Made by a program: the position numbers and the translations under genes. Positions 19,139 to 29,909 of a stretch of DNA of 64,000 nt are shown here, piece after piece; position 1 is the first letter of the stretch; each line of letters begins with the position of its first letter. The DNA comes from an uncultured Phycisphaerales bacterium. Its GTDB lineage: Bacteria; Planctomycetota; Phycisphaerae; Tepidisphaerales; Tepidisphaeraceae. Where the stretch lies: NCBI GenBank assembly GCA_963758525.1, contig CAVWVQ010000003.1, positions 1,472,001 through 1,536,000 of the forward strand, given 5' to 3'. Below the pieces are notes generated by a model, which saw nothing but the letters and a program-made list of their open reading frames with translations, ran no database searches and was not told where the DNA came from.

Positions 19139-19216
19139 CTGCAGGAAGTAGCCGGGATTAAGTCTGAAGTGTTCCGCGAGTTTGGCGATCGCCTTTTTGC
19201 TCAGCGAGCGCTTCCC
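19139..19216 (-). pseudogene. HigA-like antitoxin C-terminal HTH fragment
   Basis: GKRSLSKKAIAKLAEHFRLNPGYFL, truncated at the hairpin repeat. Confidence 0.7.
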
Positions 19217-19332
19217 TCTCTCTGGCCGAATCCGGGGCGGCGCTGAAGCTCTGCCCCGGCGTGATGGCCGGAAACATCAGTTCGCCAGTCACGCCGGGAC
19301 AGAGCGTACTCGCGGCGTCGCGGATTCTAGAG
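19216..19332. repeat. About 115-bp imperfect hairpin repeat, copy 3
   Basis: CTCTGCCCCGGCGTGA / TCACGCCGGGACAGAG stem; direct repeat of 18806-18917. Confidence 0.75.
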
Positions 19333-19385
19333 CAGCAGAGACGTAATTTGTTTGCCGACCGCGCTGACTCGGCTATTATTCAGCG

Positions 19386-19583
19386 ATGTCAACTCTGGCA
19401 GAAATTGAGGCGGCCGCGGCCAAATTGCTGCATGCTGAGCAGAGGAACCTTTTCGAATGGCTCGCCAACAAGGGACCAAGGGGGAAGGCACATACGCACG
19501 TAGGCACGAAGGGAATGACGCGGCTGAGGCCGCGAGCATCTGGGTTGTGGGACAGTGAAAGCGCGGTCTGCGAGACTATATGA
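19386..19583 (+). CDS. Small antitoxin-like protein (orphan, possibly degenerate)
   Basis: MSTLAEIEAAAAKLLHAEQRNLFEWL; preceded by TTGCCG-16-TATTAT. Confidence 0.5.
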   Translation: MSTLAEIEAAAAKLLHAEQRNLFEWLANKGPRGKAHTHVGTKGMTRLRPRASGLWDSESAVCETI

Positions 19584-19947
19584 CCTTGCGCGATTACGCG
19601 CATCCAAAAACCGTTAAGCGGCTGCCCTAAGGGCAGCATTCTGCTGGCAAGTGCGCGTAATCGCGCACGTTCATTTAGATCGCCAGCAAGACGGGAGGGG
19701 CGAATGAACATTTACTTTGAAGGAACTCCAGCACCGAATCAGCGGGCAACACGCGTTCCTTTATTGTCGTAACGCAAGCTATTTTTTGTTATTTACGCAC
19801 CACTCGAATGCGTAAAATTCCGTAAAGTGGTGTAAAGCGAACGGCGGATTCCAAGCCAAAAATGAGGTTTGGCCGCCCGGCGGTCACTCGCATTGCCACG
19901 GATTGTAAAGCTGCGTGTATCCTATGTATATCTTTCGAGAAGGCGCC

Positions 19948-20191
19948 ATGGCGGTTGGAAAAATCGACAAGATCAGCAAAGTCGCCCGGTGGGGGAACAG
20001 CCTGGGCGTTCGGATCCCGCAGGAGGGGGTGGAAGCTGTCCGCTGAAGGGTGGCTCCACCCGCACCAGCTCAAGTCGCTCGACTACCGCAACCGGGACCT
20101 CTCATTTGTCGCAAAGTTGGACGACGACGATTTTCTCATCGACATCATGGATCGGGTTCGCGCCCTGATCGATCCAGACTCGACGATTTGA
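19948..20191 (+). pseudogene. mazEF remnant: AbrB/MazE N-terminus joined to MazF C-terminus
   Basis: KVARWGNSLGVRIP (MazE/AbrB), then LHPHQLKSLDYRNRDLSFVAKL..VRALI (MazF QxKSLD motif). Confidence 0.75.
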
Positions 20192-20335
20192 TCGATCGAT
20201 CTGTCCAGGGAGTTTTCGTAGAGCTCCGGGGCTCCGCCGGCCAGGAGCACGCCCATCCGAGTCGGCGCGGCGGCTGGCGCTTGGCCCTCGGATTTCTATC
20301 GACGCACCCGGCCTGGGGAGCTATGATTATCTCCG

Positions 20336-20593
20336 ATGGCAAAGCGGTATCATATTTCCGACGGCAGTTTGTTGCTGACAGTTGAGCCGGACGCCGACGG
20401 TTGGTTTACCGTAACTTCGCCAATCGACCCGGCGATGATCACGCAGGCTCGTACGATCGAAGAAGCGTTCGCGCAAGCGCGTGACGCCTTCGCTGCCTTG
20501 GCCGACTCTCGCTCGGATCCCGCTCGCTGGCGCCCGGCCAAAAGGTCTTCCGCCCGCTTCCCGCGTCAACCGAAAGTCGGTGCCGGAATTTGA
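20336..20593 (+). CDS. hicB: HicB-family antitoxin (short)
   Basis: LTVEPDADGWFTVTSP..ITQARTIEEAFAQARDA. Confidence 0.75.
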   Translation: MAKRYHISDGSLLLTVEPDADGWFTVTSPIDPAMITQARTIEEAFAQARDAFAALADSRSDPARWRPAKRSSARFPRQPKVGAGI

Positions 20594-20759
20594 AGCTGCT
20601 TGCAGATCGCCCTGGCTGTCCCGAATCGGATTTCGCGGTGCCGCGGCACCGCTGATTCGCGCTTCGCTTGCGGATTAAGCCAGATGTCGTGGCTGCGCCC
20701 GTGCCGATGCAATCTGCAACCGTGAGAACGAAGGTGCGTTCTAGATCGCTGCGTTTCAT
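20566..20759 (-). CDS. hicA: HicA-family mRNA interferase; frameshift near 20735
   Basis: MKRSDLER + HLRSHGCRLHRHGRSHDIWLNP..VPRHREI..TARAICKQLQIP. Confidence 0.8.
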
Positions 20760-20798
20760 GGAGCGTCTGCGGAAGGCCTTCTTGGGTAGTGTCGTCAG

Positions 20799-20959
20799 GA
20801 TCCCCTGCTCCCAATGTTAGTGGCGGCACCCCAGCCTTGCCAGCACTGTGGCTGTCACGGTATTGGGAGTTGAGCCTTTGTTGGCCATTGGGCCTTGGGC
20901 ATTCTGCTTTTCTGCTGCAAGAGCTTGGGTTCGACGGTATTGAGCGTCGGCAGGGTTTT
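20799..20959 (+). ncRNA. ssrS: Probable 6S RNA
   Basis: Rod-like fold: CCCTGC/GCAGGG closing stem, CAATGTT/GGTATTG with G-U pairs, CCAGCCTTGC..AGCA/TGCTGCAAGAGCTTGG; 6S-like words TGTTAG, GGGAG, GGGTTC, ACGG; TAGTGT -10 upstream and T run downstream. Confidence 0.55.
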
Positions 20960-21136
20960 ATCCACACGTTGCAGTAACAATTGTTCCGTCCAACGGTTTA
21001 TCCGGTGTCTGCTGTTTACCGCTCTCAGGCTCGTTGTTCCCGCCCAGCGCCCCCCGGGGGGAGTGTAAGGATTTGTCAGGCCGGGTCAGGTTGTGTGTGA
21101 CGCGCAGTCGAAGGGAGAAGCCCATTACGTCTGGAG

Positions 21137-21286
21137 TCCGGCGACAAGTTGCTCGGCTCCGCGCTGGCGCGACTCCGGGACGCCTCGCGGTGACAATGCA
21201 TCTTAGCGCTCGCGCGATAGAGAGGGATATTTCACCAGGCAGCTTGGTAGTCGCGACAGCGCACAGCCGAGCGACTTGTCGCCGGA
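21137..21286. repeat. 150-bp palindromic element (related partial copy at 8804-8851)
   Basis: TCCGGCGACAAGTTGCTCGGCT against AGCCGAGCGACTTGTCGCCGGA; GCTCGGCTCCGCGCTGGCGCGAC shared with 8818-8840. Confidence 0.65.
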
Positions 21287-21350
21287 TTGGGCGTGTTGCG
21301 GTATCAACCCCGCTTGACGCATGCGCGATCCACGGCTAGCTTGCGGCCCG

Positions 21351-22442
21351 ATGCTCAAACGTACGCCGTTCTACGATTTTCACGTGTCCGCGGGCGCGAA
21401 ACTGGTCGATTTTGCGGGGTGGGAGATGCCGCTGCATTATCGCGGGATCATCGACGAGCACGAGCACACTCGCCGCAGCGCGTCGATGTTCGATGTCTCG
21501 CATATGGGCCGGCTGCATTTCAGCGGGAAAGACGTGGTGCGGTTTCTCGATCGCGTGCTGACGCGGAATGTGTCGGTGCAGAAGGTGGGGCAGAGCCGAT
21601 ACAGCCTGGTTTGCAACGAGCGCGGCGGGGTGATGGATGACATCATCATCAGCCGGGATGAGAAGAACTGGATTCTGGTCTGCAACGCGAGCAATCGCGA
21701 TAAGATCGTGAAACATCTGGGCGAGGTGCGGCGGGCCGAGTCGTTTGATCTGGAGATGGCCGATCAGACGGAAAGCACGGCGATGGTGGCGATTCAGGGG
21801 CCGATGGTGATTGAGAAGCTGGCGGACGTGCTGCCGGTCGATGTGCGGGCGATGAAACGATATCAGTTTGAAACCGGCTCGCTGATGATGACCAAGTTCA
21901 CCGTCTTTCGCAGCGGGTACACTGGGGAAGATGGCGTCGAAGTCATTCTCCCGGCGCGCATGGCCGGCATGGCGATGAAGATGCTGGGCGGGAAGCTCGA
22001 CAAAGTCGACGCAACGATTCGCCCGGCGGGTTTGGGCGCGCGGGATACGCTGCGGCTGGAAGCGGGAATGCCGTTGTACGGGCATGAATTAAGTGAGACC
22101 ATCGATCCGCTGTCGGCTGGGCTTGAATGGGCGGTCGATCTGACCAAGAATTTCATCGGCGTCGAGCCATTGCGCGAGATCGCCAAGATCGGGCCGAAGC
22201 GGAAGCTTGTCGGGATCGAGGTAGAGGGCCGGCGCATTGCGCGACAGGGAGCGGCGCTGCAATCTGAAGGCGCGGTTGTCGGCGAAGTGACCAGCGGGAC
22301 GTGGAGCCCGACATTGCAGAAGAGCATCGCGATGGCGTATGTCGATACGGCCCTCACGTCCGAGGGCACCGCGCTGATGGCAGATTTGAAGGGAACACTG
22401 ACGCCGGCCAAGGTCGTCAAACTTCCGTTCTACAAGAGATAA
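21351..22442 (+). CDS. gcvT: Glycine cleavage system aminomethyltransferase T
   Basis: LKRTPFY, FAGWEMPLHY, FDVSHMG, RSGYTGEDG, GLGARDTLRLEAG. Confidence 0.97.
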   Translation: MLKRTPFYDFHVSAGAKLVDFAGWEMPLHYRGIIDEHEHTRRSASMFDVSHMGRLHFSGKDVVRFLDRVLTRNVSVQKVGQSRYSLVCNERGGVMDDIIISRDEKNWILVCNASNRDKIVKHLGEVRRAESFDLEMADQTESTAMVAIQGPMVIEKLADVLPVDVRAMKRYQFETGSLMMTKFTVFRSGYTGEDGVEVILPARMAGMAMKMLGGKLDKVDATIRPAGLGARDTLRLEAGMPLYGHELSETIDPLSAGLEWAVDLTKNFIGVEPLREIAKIGPKRKLVGIEVEGRRIARQGAALQSEGAVVGEVTSGTWSPTLQKSIAMAYVDTALTSEGTALMADLKGTLTPAKVVKLPFYKR

Positions 22443-22446
22443 TCCT

Positions 22447-22830
22447 ATGGCTAATGTTCCTGCCAACTATCGTTTTCTGGAAACGCACGAGTGGCACCGC
22501 CTGGACGGCGACATTGTGAGCATCGGGATCACGCAGATCGCTGCCGACGAGCTGACGGACGTGACGTTTGTCGCGCTGCCGAAGATCGGCACCAAGATCA
22601 CCGCCAACCAGAAGTTCGGCGAGATCGACTCCGTGAAAGCCAACAGCGATCTGTACAGCGGGGTGAGCGGCGTCGTCACCGAAATCAACCACCAGCTCGC
22701 GGACAATCCGGGACTGGTCAACAACGACCCTTACGAGGCCGGGTGGATGATCAAGGTGCAGGTGAGCGATCCCAAGGCGTTTGAAGCGCTGCTGGGCGCG
22801 GACGAATACGAGAAAAAGACGGCGCATTAG
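22447..22830 (+). CDS. gcvH: Glycine cleavage system H protein
   Basis: THEW, lipoyl motif IDSVKA, NNDPYEAGW. Confidence 0.97.
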   Translation: MANVPANYRFLETHEWHRLDGDIVSIGITQIAADELTDVTFVALPKIGTKITANQKFGEIDSVKANSDLYSGVSGVVTEINHQLADNPGLVNNDPYEAGWMIKVQVSDPKAFEALLGADEYEKKTAH

Positions 22831-22897
22831 AAAGCGATCGGATCGGGTGGCTCGAAGAGCATTGGGACTCGCATGAAACGCTGAGTGCCGCCATCGA

Positions 22898-22968
22898 GTA
22901 GCACAGCCGTCTCGGCTGTGGCGATGGTGATTACAGCCGGGAAATCACAGCCGGGACGGCTGTGCTAC
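22898..22968. repeat. GTAG-type REP doublet (second family)
   Basis: GTAGCACAGCCGTCTCGGCTGTG ... CACAGCCGGGACGGCTGTGCTAC. Confidence 0.8.
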
Positions 22969-23130
22969 GGGGAATGGCGATGGGGCGCTGGTTCGAGATC
23001 TCGCGGGCACAAGCCGGAATGGGTTTGTGATCGGCGGCTCTCGGAGCGCTCGCTGCGGCCGGGCGTACGATAGCGACTGACCTCTTTCGGCCGCGCTTTT
23101 TGATTTGAGACCAACGACCGCCGGATCGGA

Positions 23131-26115
23131 ATGCATATGAACTCGAGCAGCACACCTTTAATTGATTCGCCGCGACCCCCAAAAGCTGGTGCCGGAGCGG
23201 CTTCACCTTTGGCGGTCGTTGACGGGTTTGTCCCACGGCATATCGGACCCAATGAAAAAGACATCGCGGAGATGCTCGAGTTAATCGGGTATGACTCGCT
23301 GGAGGCGCTGGTTGCCGCGACGGTGCCGGTGGCGATTCGGATGCGCCGGCCTCTCAACATCGGGGAGCCGCGCGGCGAGTTCGAACTGCTCGAAGAACTT
23401 CGGCAGATCGCTTCGCAGAACAAAGTGCTTCGTTCGTTCATCGGCATGGGCTATTACGATTGCGTCACCCCCCCGGTCATTCAACGCAACATTCTGGAAA
23501 ACCCGGGCTGGTATACGCAATACACCCCCTACCAGGCGGAGATCGCCCAGGGCCGACTGGAAGCGCTGCTGAACTTTCAAACCATGGTCAGCGACCTGAC
23601 CGGCCTTCCGCTGGCAAACGCCTCGTTGCTGGACGAAGCGACCGCCGCCGGGGAAGCGATGGCGATGTGCCGGTCGATCGCGACGGATGGCTCCGAGCCT
23701 TGCGCGTTTTTTGTGGCTGATGATTGTCACCCGCAGACGATTGCCGTCGTGCGGACGCGGGCGGAGGCGCTGGGAATCGAGATCGTCTGCGGCCCGGCAG
23801 CATCAGCCGAGCTGACGGCGAAAAAGTTTTGCGGCATTCTTCTGCAATATCCGACGACGCACGGACGCATCATTGATTACACCGCGCTGGCGGCCCGCGC
23901 TCATGCGGCGGGGGCACTGGTCGTTGTCGCGGCTGACATTCTTGCCTTGGCGTTGATCAAGCCACCGGGGGAGTTCGGCGCGGACATCGCCGTCGGCTCG
24001 ACGCAGCGCTTCGGCGTGCCGATGGGTTTTGGCGGACCGCATGCCGCCTACATGGCAACGAAGAGCGATTACGCCCGCAAGATGCCCGGGCGTCTGGTCG
24101 GTGTTTCGAAAGACGTGCACGGCAACCCCGCGATGCGGCTCGCGATTCAAACGCGCGAGCAGCACATTCGCCGCGAAAAAGCCACCAGCAACATCTGCAC
24201 CGCCCAGGTGCTGCTTGCCGTGATGGCAAGCATGTATGCGGTGTATCACGGTCCGAAAGGGTTGAAGCGGATCGCGCAGCGCGTGCACGATTTTGCAGTC
24301 CGGCTTGCCGATGGTCTGGCGCGGCTGGGGTATGAGCTGGGCGAGGGAGAATTTTTCGACACGCTGCACGTGCCCGTCGGCGCCGGGCGCGTGAAAACGA
24401 TCGGCGCGGCGGCGGTCGCGCGGGGAATGAACCTGCGGCTGAACGAATCGGAAAACGCCATCGGCATCGCGCTCGATGAAACGACTACGCAACGAGATGT
24501 GAAGCAGCTTCTGGAGGTCTTCGCGCCGAGCGGGCGGATCGATTTTGACGTCGCGTCGCTGGGTGGAAATGGGGACACGCACAAGGTGGCGGCTGAGTCA
24601 CGCGCCGGCTCCGAGATCGTGTCCCGATATTCCCAAGCGGTTGGCCGCACCAGCGAATACCTCACGCATCCGGTTTTCAACACGCATCACAGCGAAACGG
24701 AAATGCTGCGTTACATCCGCACGCTGGAATCGCGCGACCTGTCGCTTACGCATTCGATGATCCCGCTGGGCTCCTGCACGATGAAGCTGAACGGCACCAG
24801 CGAGATGCTGCCCGTGACCTGGCCGCAGTTTGGCCGGCTGCATCCGTTTGCTCCCGAGGATCAGACCGGAGGGTATCGCGTCCTCTTTTCCCAGCTCGAG
24901 CAATGGCTGGCGGAAATCACCGGTTTCGCGGGCGTTTCGCTGCAGCCCAATGCCGGATCGCAGGGAGAATACGCCGGGCTGCTGGCGATTCGCGGGTATC
25001 ACGTTTCGCGCGGCGAGGGAGGCCGGGACATCTGTTTGATTCCGGTTTCGGCGCACGGGACCAATCCGTCCAGCGCGGTCGTCGCGGGATTCAAGGTGAT
25101 CCCCGTCGAATGCGATGCCCGCGGCAATGTCGATGTCGAGGACCTGCGCAAAAAGGCGAGCGAGCATGCCGACGAACTCGGCGCGCTGATGATCACGTAT
25201 CCTTCAACGCACGGCGTGTTTGAGGAGGAAGTCGCGGAAATCTGCCGGATCGTTCACGAGCACGGCGGGCAGGTTTATATGGACGGGGCGAACATGAACG
25301 CGCAGGTCGGCTTGTGCCGGCCCGGCGACATCGGCGCGGACGTCTGCCATCTCAATCTGCACAAGACCTTCTGCATCCCCCACGGCGGCGGAGGCCCCGG
25401 CATGGGGCCGATCGCAGTCGCGAAGCAACTGGTCCCGTTTCTTCCGGGAAGTCCCCTGGCGCATGATTCCGCGGTCGGTCCAGTGTCAGCGGCGGCGCAT
25501 GGGAGCGCGAGCATTCTGGTCATTCCGTGGGTCTACATCGCGCTGATGGGCGGTCCGGGTCTCACCCGCGCGACACAGGTTGCGATCCTTGGCGCCAACT
25601 ACATGGCCAAGCGTCTGGGGCCGCACTATCCGATTCTGTTTAAGGGCCAGAACGGACGCGTGGCGCACGAATTTGTCATCGACGCGCGGCAGTTTGAAAC
25701 GCGCAGCGGCATTAAAGTGGAGGACATCGCCAAGCGCCTCATGGACTACGGCTTCCACGCCCCCACGATGAGTTGGCCGGTGCCCGGCACGTTGATGATC
25801 GAGCCGACCGAGAGCGAGCCCAAGGCTGAGCTGGATCGATTCTGCGATGCGATGATCGCGATCCGCGAAGAGATTCGCGCCATCGAGCAGGGCAAGGCGC
25901 ACCGAACCGACAACGTGCTGAAGAACGCCCCGCACACGGTGGCCGCGCTGCTGGCAAGCGATTGGAAACATCCTTACACGCGTGAGGAGGCGGCCTTTCC
26001 GGCGCCGTGGGTCAAGGCGCACAAGTTCTGGCCGTTTGTGGGGCGGATCGATAATCCGTTTGGCGATCGCAATCTCGTTTGCACGTGTCCGCCGATGGAG
26101 AGCTATGGCAGCTGA
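23131..26115 (+). CDS. gcvP: Glycine dehydrogenase (decarboxylating), single-chain P protein
   Basis: [29 protein letters not shown] site [18 protein letters not shown]. Confidence 0.97.
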   Translation: MHMNSSSTPLIDSPRPPKAGAGAASPLAVVDGFVPRHIGPNEKDIAEMLELIGYDSLEALVAATVPVAIRMRRPLNIGEPRGEFELLEELRQIASQNKVLRSFIGMGYYDCVTPPVIQRNILENPGWYTQYTPYQAEIAQGRLEALLNFQTMVSDLTGLPLANASLLDEATAAGEAMAMCRSIATDGSEPCAFFVADDCHPQTIAVVRTRAEALGIEIVCGPAASAELTAKKFCGILLQYPTTHGRIIDYTALAARAHAAGALVVVAADILALALIKPPGEFGADIAVGSTQRFGVPMGFGGPHAAYMATKSDYARKMPGRLVGVSKDVHGNPAMRLAIQTREQHIRREKATSNICTAQVLLAVMASMYAVYHGPKGLKRIAQRVHDFAVRLADGLARLGYELGEGEFFDTLHVPVGAGRVKTIGAAAVARGMNLRLNESENAIGIALDETTTQRDVKQLLEVFAPSGRIDFDVASLGGNGDTHKVAAESRAGSEIVSRYSQAVGRTSEYLTHPVFNTHHSETEMLRYIRTLESRDLSLTHSMIPLGSCTMKLNGTSEMLPVTWPQFGRLHPFAPEDQTGGYRVLFSQLEQWLAEITGFAGVSLQPNAGSQGEYAGLLAIRGYHVSRGEGGRDICLIPVSAHGTNPSSAVVAGFKVIPVECDARGNVDVEDLRKKASEHADELGALMITYPSTHGVFEEEVAEICRIVHEHGGQVYMDGANMNAQVGLCRPGDIGADVCHLNLHKTFCIPHGGGGPGMGPIAVAKQLVPFLPGSPLAHDSAVGPVSAAAHGSASILVIPWVYIALMGGPGLTRATQVAILGANYMAKRLGPHYPILFKGQNGRVAHEFVIDARQFETRSGIKVEDIAKRLMDYGFHAPTMSWPVPGTLMIEPTESEPKAELDRFCDAMIAIREEIRAIEQGKAHRTDNVLKNAPHTVAALLASDWKHPYTREEAAFPAPWVKAHKFWPFVGRIDNPFGDRNLVCTCPPMESYGS

Positions 26116-26154
26116 TCGACAGACCGTTTGTGCCCTGGGATTTCGTCCTTACAA

Positions 26155-27488
26155 ATGAATCGCGCCGTTCGAACGATCCGCTGGCGATCTGCGTTCATCA
26201 CGCTCGCATTGTGCTTTCTGCTCGCGAGATGCAATCGCGCCGAGCGGACGGTGCATCATTGAATTCCTGGCACTTTCATTTTGGGACGAAGCAGGGAAGC
26301 GGAAGTTCTGTCCGGGTTCCAGCATCAGTCGTCTACTCGTCACAGCAAGGTTATGGCTTTGAGCCGGGGTCAACGCCGGTCGATCAACCGGACTGCTGCA
26401 CGAGCGATCATCCCTTCTTTTTTTCCGTGGCAGTGCCGGCGGGAAATTACCGCGTCACCGTCACGATGGGCGACGCGGCCGCCGGGTCGGACAACACCAT
26501 TCGCGCTGAAGCACGCCGGCTGATGGTGGAACACGTGGTGACGAAAAAGGGGGAGGTCGTTGCCCGCACATTCACGGTTCACGTTCACCGTCCGAAGATC
26601 GAGGGCAGCGGCAATTCCGTGCAGCTGCGAGGTTCTCCCGGTCTCGATTGGGACGACAAGCTCACTCTCGAATTCAATGGCACACGACCGGCCATCGATG
26701 CCGTCGCGATCGAGCCGGTTCAGGGTGCGACTGTCGTTTTCATCGCCGGCGATTCGACCGTGACTGACCAGGCGGCTGAGCCGTACACTGGCTGGGGGCA
26801 GGTTTTGCCGTGCTTCTTTGATGCGACGGTGAGCGTGGCAAATTACGCCGAATCGGGCCGTGCGCTTTACAGCTTCAAGAGCGAGCATCGGCTCGACAAG
26901 ATTCTCGGCGAAGCCAAAAAAGGGGACTACGTGCTGATTCAATTCGGGCACAACGATCAGAAGGACAAGCGGCCCGGCGCCGGCGCGTTCACGACCTACA
27001 AGAAAGAGCTTGAGGAGTACGTCGTTGCCATTCGGGAGCGCGGCGCGACGCCGATCGTGGTCACTCCGATGTATCGCCGACGGTTTGATGGCGCGGGCAA
27101 GCTGGAGGAATCACTGGGCGACTACCCGGCCGCCGCGCGGCAGGTGGCGACGGAGCAGAAAGTGCTGCTGGTCGATCTGCATGAGATGAGCGGCAGACTA
27201 TTTCAGGCGCTGGGTCCTCAAGGGACGCTCCAGGCGTTCGTGCATTACCCGGCAAATACGTTTCCCGGCCAGACCGCGCCGCTGGCGGATAACACGCACT
27301 TCAATTCTTATGGAGCTTTTGAGCTGGCGCGCTGTGTTGTCGAAGCGATTCGAGGGAGTGGTTGTCCGCTGTCGAAGCACGTTGCCGCGGACGTGACGCC
27401 GTTTGACCCGTCACATCCCGACCCGGTTGAGCAGTGGAAGCTGCCTCCAAGTCCTGCAGTCGCTGCACAGCGGCCGGAGGGAAGCTGA
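26155..27488 (+). CDS. Rhamnogalacturonan acetylesterase-like SGNH hydrolase with N-terminal beta-sandwich; probable frameshift near 26240 after the signal peptide
   Basis: AGDSTV, GWGQ, NYAESGR, IQFGHND, DNTH; signal peptide MNRAVRTIRWRSAFITLALCFLLA in an alternate frame. Confidence 0.85.
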
Positions 27489-27522
27489 GTGGCGCCGCAG
27501 GCGCCAGCGTCTGGAAACGGAA

Positions 27523-27836
27523 CTACTCAAAGCGCCGGGGCTGGCGTCTGCTCCCCCGGCGAACGTTCAGAATATAGACTGTCTCGGAAGGTTGCTCTAT
27601 CCGGTAGTAGACGATGAAGGGACGTACGACCATCGCATGTACGGCGTCCCACGTCTTCTGCTGCTCCCCACCTGCCTGAATCGGTTCGGCATCGAAGTCA
27701 GAGAATTGACTGCCTCCAGAATTGTCTCGGCGACGCTGGCCGCATTTTGCGGCGACTGCTGATGGATGCAGGTTGCTATGCCTTCCAAGTCGGACACGGC
27801 ATCAACCGTCAGAACGATTCGGTAATGACCGAGCAT
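27523..27836 (-). CDS. RelE/ParE toxin; frameshift near 27640
   Basis: YRIVLTVDAVSDLEGI..SLTSMPNRF, then shifted VVRPFIVYYRIE..VYILNVRRGSR. Confidence 0.75.
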
Positions 27837-27842
27837 CGAGCG

Positions 27843-28091
27843 TCATTTCCCCAGAAATTTCGCTCGCAACTGCTCCCGCACGTCCGTCCAGTCATGTACC
27901 TCTCCGTGTTCGATTTGGTCCTCGGCACGGTCAATAGCATCGAGTGTTTCATCGTCCAAAGCATGTTCTTCTGCGATGTTGAGGGCCTCCAACGCCGCAT
28001 GGACAACCTCATCCGCGGATTGGTAGCCGCCACCTTTTAGTAGCTTCTCCTCCAGAAGCTTCTGAGTTTCAGCACTCAATAAAATTGTCAT
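27843..28091 (-). CDS. ParD-like ribbon-helix-helix antitoxin
   Basis: MTILLSAE..GGYQSADEVVHAAL..IDRAEDQIEHGEV. Confidence 0.8.
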   Translation of the reverse strand: MTILLSAETQKLLEEKLLKGGGYQSADEVVHAALEALNIAEEHALDDETLDAIDRAEDQIEHGEVHDWTDVREQLRAKFLGK

Positions 28092-28191
28092 GGATGTTCT
28101 CCGTGAAATCCCATCATACCAAATCCGCTTGGCTATCACAGTTTCGGATTGTTATTGTTGAGGCGGATGGTGAGGACACTTTTGCCGAACG

Positions 28192-29161
28192 TTACATCTT
28201 CCCTTTCAACTCCGAGCTCACGCTGGTCCCGTGCTGGTCCGGACCATCCGGTCGCGAAATCGCTTCGGGCGGAAGCGGTATCTTCGGAGCCCAGGTGAGC
28301 CATTCCTTTTGCGGCTCGGGATGCAGCGTGAAGTCGGCGCCGTCCTGTGCGGGCTGGTTCGCTTCAACCTCCGGCGTTGCGAACTCAACTCCGCCGGAAA
28401 GGAGCGTACGCAACGAGTCGAGCTTGACGCTGATGCCCGAGAAGATTCCGCCTTTCACGTCGGCTCCGCTGATGCTCCAGAATTCCGAGCGCTTGGTCAC
28501 CAGCGGCGCAAAGCGCTGCCAGATGACGGCGTTGATGTTCACGTGGGTCGCGTCAGGGCTGAGATGCGCGCTGGCGACCGCGCCGACCTGGATGCCGCGA
28601 TAGATAATTGGAGAATCCTGCTGCAGATGTTCGAGATGATCGGCGCAGGATCAGGATCAGTCCCTCGCCCAATGATGTCGGCTGCTTTTCCAGGCCGACG
28701 AACTGTGACGCCGGTGAACCGACGCCGGGCACCGCCTCGACGTACGGACCACTGACAATGGTGCTCAGCCCGCTGATGCTTCCCCCAGAGATGTCAGGCT
28801 GCACGATCCAGAAGAGCGCTCCCTCGCTGGCGATCGAGGCATACCGCTTCTGCAGCGCGATGTGCATCAGGACGCGATCGCGATCCTCGCCGAGTTCAAG
28901 TGACGTCACCTTCCCGACCTCGACGCCATGAACCGTCACCATCGTCTGGCCGACCCTCACTCCGCTGACGTTCTTGAACGTTACTGTAATGTCGGTGCCG
29001 AGCTGCTGATGATGGAGATGCAGGTAATATCCCGCGCCCGCCGCCGCGCAAAGCGGGACCAGCCAGATCAGCGGAAGCGACCAGCGCATCTTCGACACTT
29101 TGGGACGCGGCGGCGCCTGGACGGGCGACATTTCATCCTGGCTCATGTTCACGCGGTGCAT
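28192..29161 (-). CDS. PqiB/MlaD (MCE) family protein with two MCE domains; frameshift near 28645
   Basis: IWLVP TM, GVEVGKV, LSTIVSGPYVE; second domain DSPIIYRGIQVG..LRTLLSGGVEFATP. Confidence 0.85.
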
Positions 29162-29757
29162 TGCTCTTTCTCCCAGATGAGCTGCGGATCGAAGCTCGCG
29201 GATGCCAGCAGCGTAAAGACAACGACTCCCGCGAACGCGATTGCGCCCGGCCCGGCGATGATCGTCGCCAGCTGGTGCAATTTGACGATCGACACCAGAA
29301 CCGCCAGAACAAATACGTCGAGCATTGCCCAGCGTCCGATGGATTCGATGAACTGGTACATGCGCGTCCGCACGAGCCGCAGGCGCGGCCAATGCAGGCG
29401 CACCGTCACGACCAGGAAGAATAGTCCGATCAGCTTAATTAGCGGAATTGCGATGCTGGCCAGAAATACGATCACTGCAATGACCACGTCGCCGTCTTCA
29501 TAGAGCCGCTGGCAGCCTTGCCATACCGTGTTGTCAGTTGTCGCCCCATACAAATCCATGTGAAGAATTGGGAAGACATTGGCCGGCAGATACAGGATCA
29601 AAGCCGCCAGGGAAAATGCCGCAGTCCGATGAAGGCTCTCCAGGCTGCGCCGTTCAATCACGCTTCCGCAGCGGCGACATTTCGCAACGGTGCCGGGCGA
29701 CAACACCTCCTCAGCGTGAACCAGTCCGCAGATTCTGCACGCAATTGTCTGGGTCAT
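29149..29757 (-). CDS. pqiA: Paraquat-inducible protein A family
   Basis: CxxC..CRRC, LPANVFP, IGRWAMLDVF, FDPQLIW. Confidence 0.9.
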   Translation of the reverse strand: MTQTIACRICGLVHAEEVLSPGTVAKCRRCGSVIERRSLESLHRTAAFSLAALILYLPANVFPILHMDLYGATTDNTVWQGCQRLYEDGDVVIAVIVFLASIAIPLIKLIGLFFLVVTVRLHWPRLRLVRTRMYQFIESIGRWAMLDVFVLAVLVSIVKLHQLATIIAGPGAIAFAGVVVFTLLASASFDPQLIWEKEQCTA

Positions 29758-29909
29758 CGCAGTGGCACCGCCTCCGACGATGCTATGCGCACCGCTGCTA
29801 AGGCTCTACCGGCAGATTCCCCGGCAGCGAGCTGAGCAAGCCGCGACACGCAGGAGAGCACGACATCACGCAGGGTAAACACCCATCCAGTCGTCTGGCC
29901 CCCGTTTCG

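Noticed and set aside
16388..19332. Canonical integron attC array or CRISPR array
   Set aside because: No matched RYYYAAC/GTTRRRY ends on the hairpins, no intI, no regularly spaced repeat-spacer units and no cas genes
20990..21350. Glycine riboswitch or tmRNA upstream of gcvT
   Set aside because: Only an isolated CTCTCAGG and a G run; no GGAGA..CCGAAG aptamer arrangement and no tRNA-like ends
26079..26240. N-terminus of the 469-aa ORF overlapping gcvP
   Set aside because: A proper signal peptide starts at 26155 in another frame
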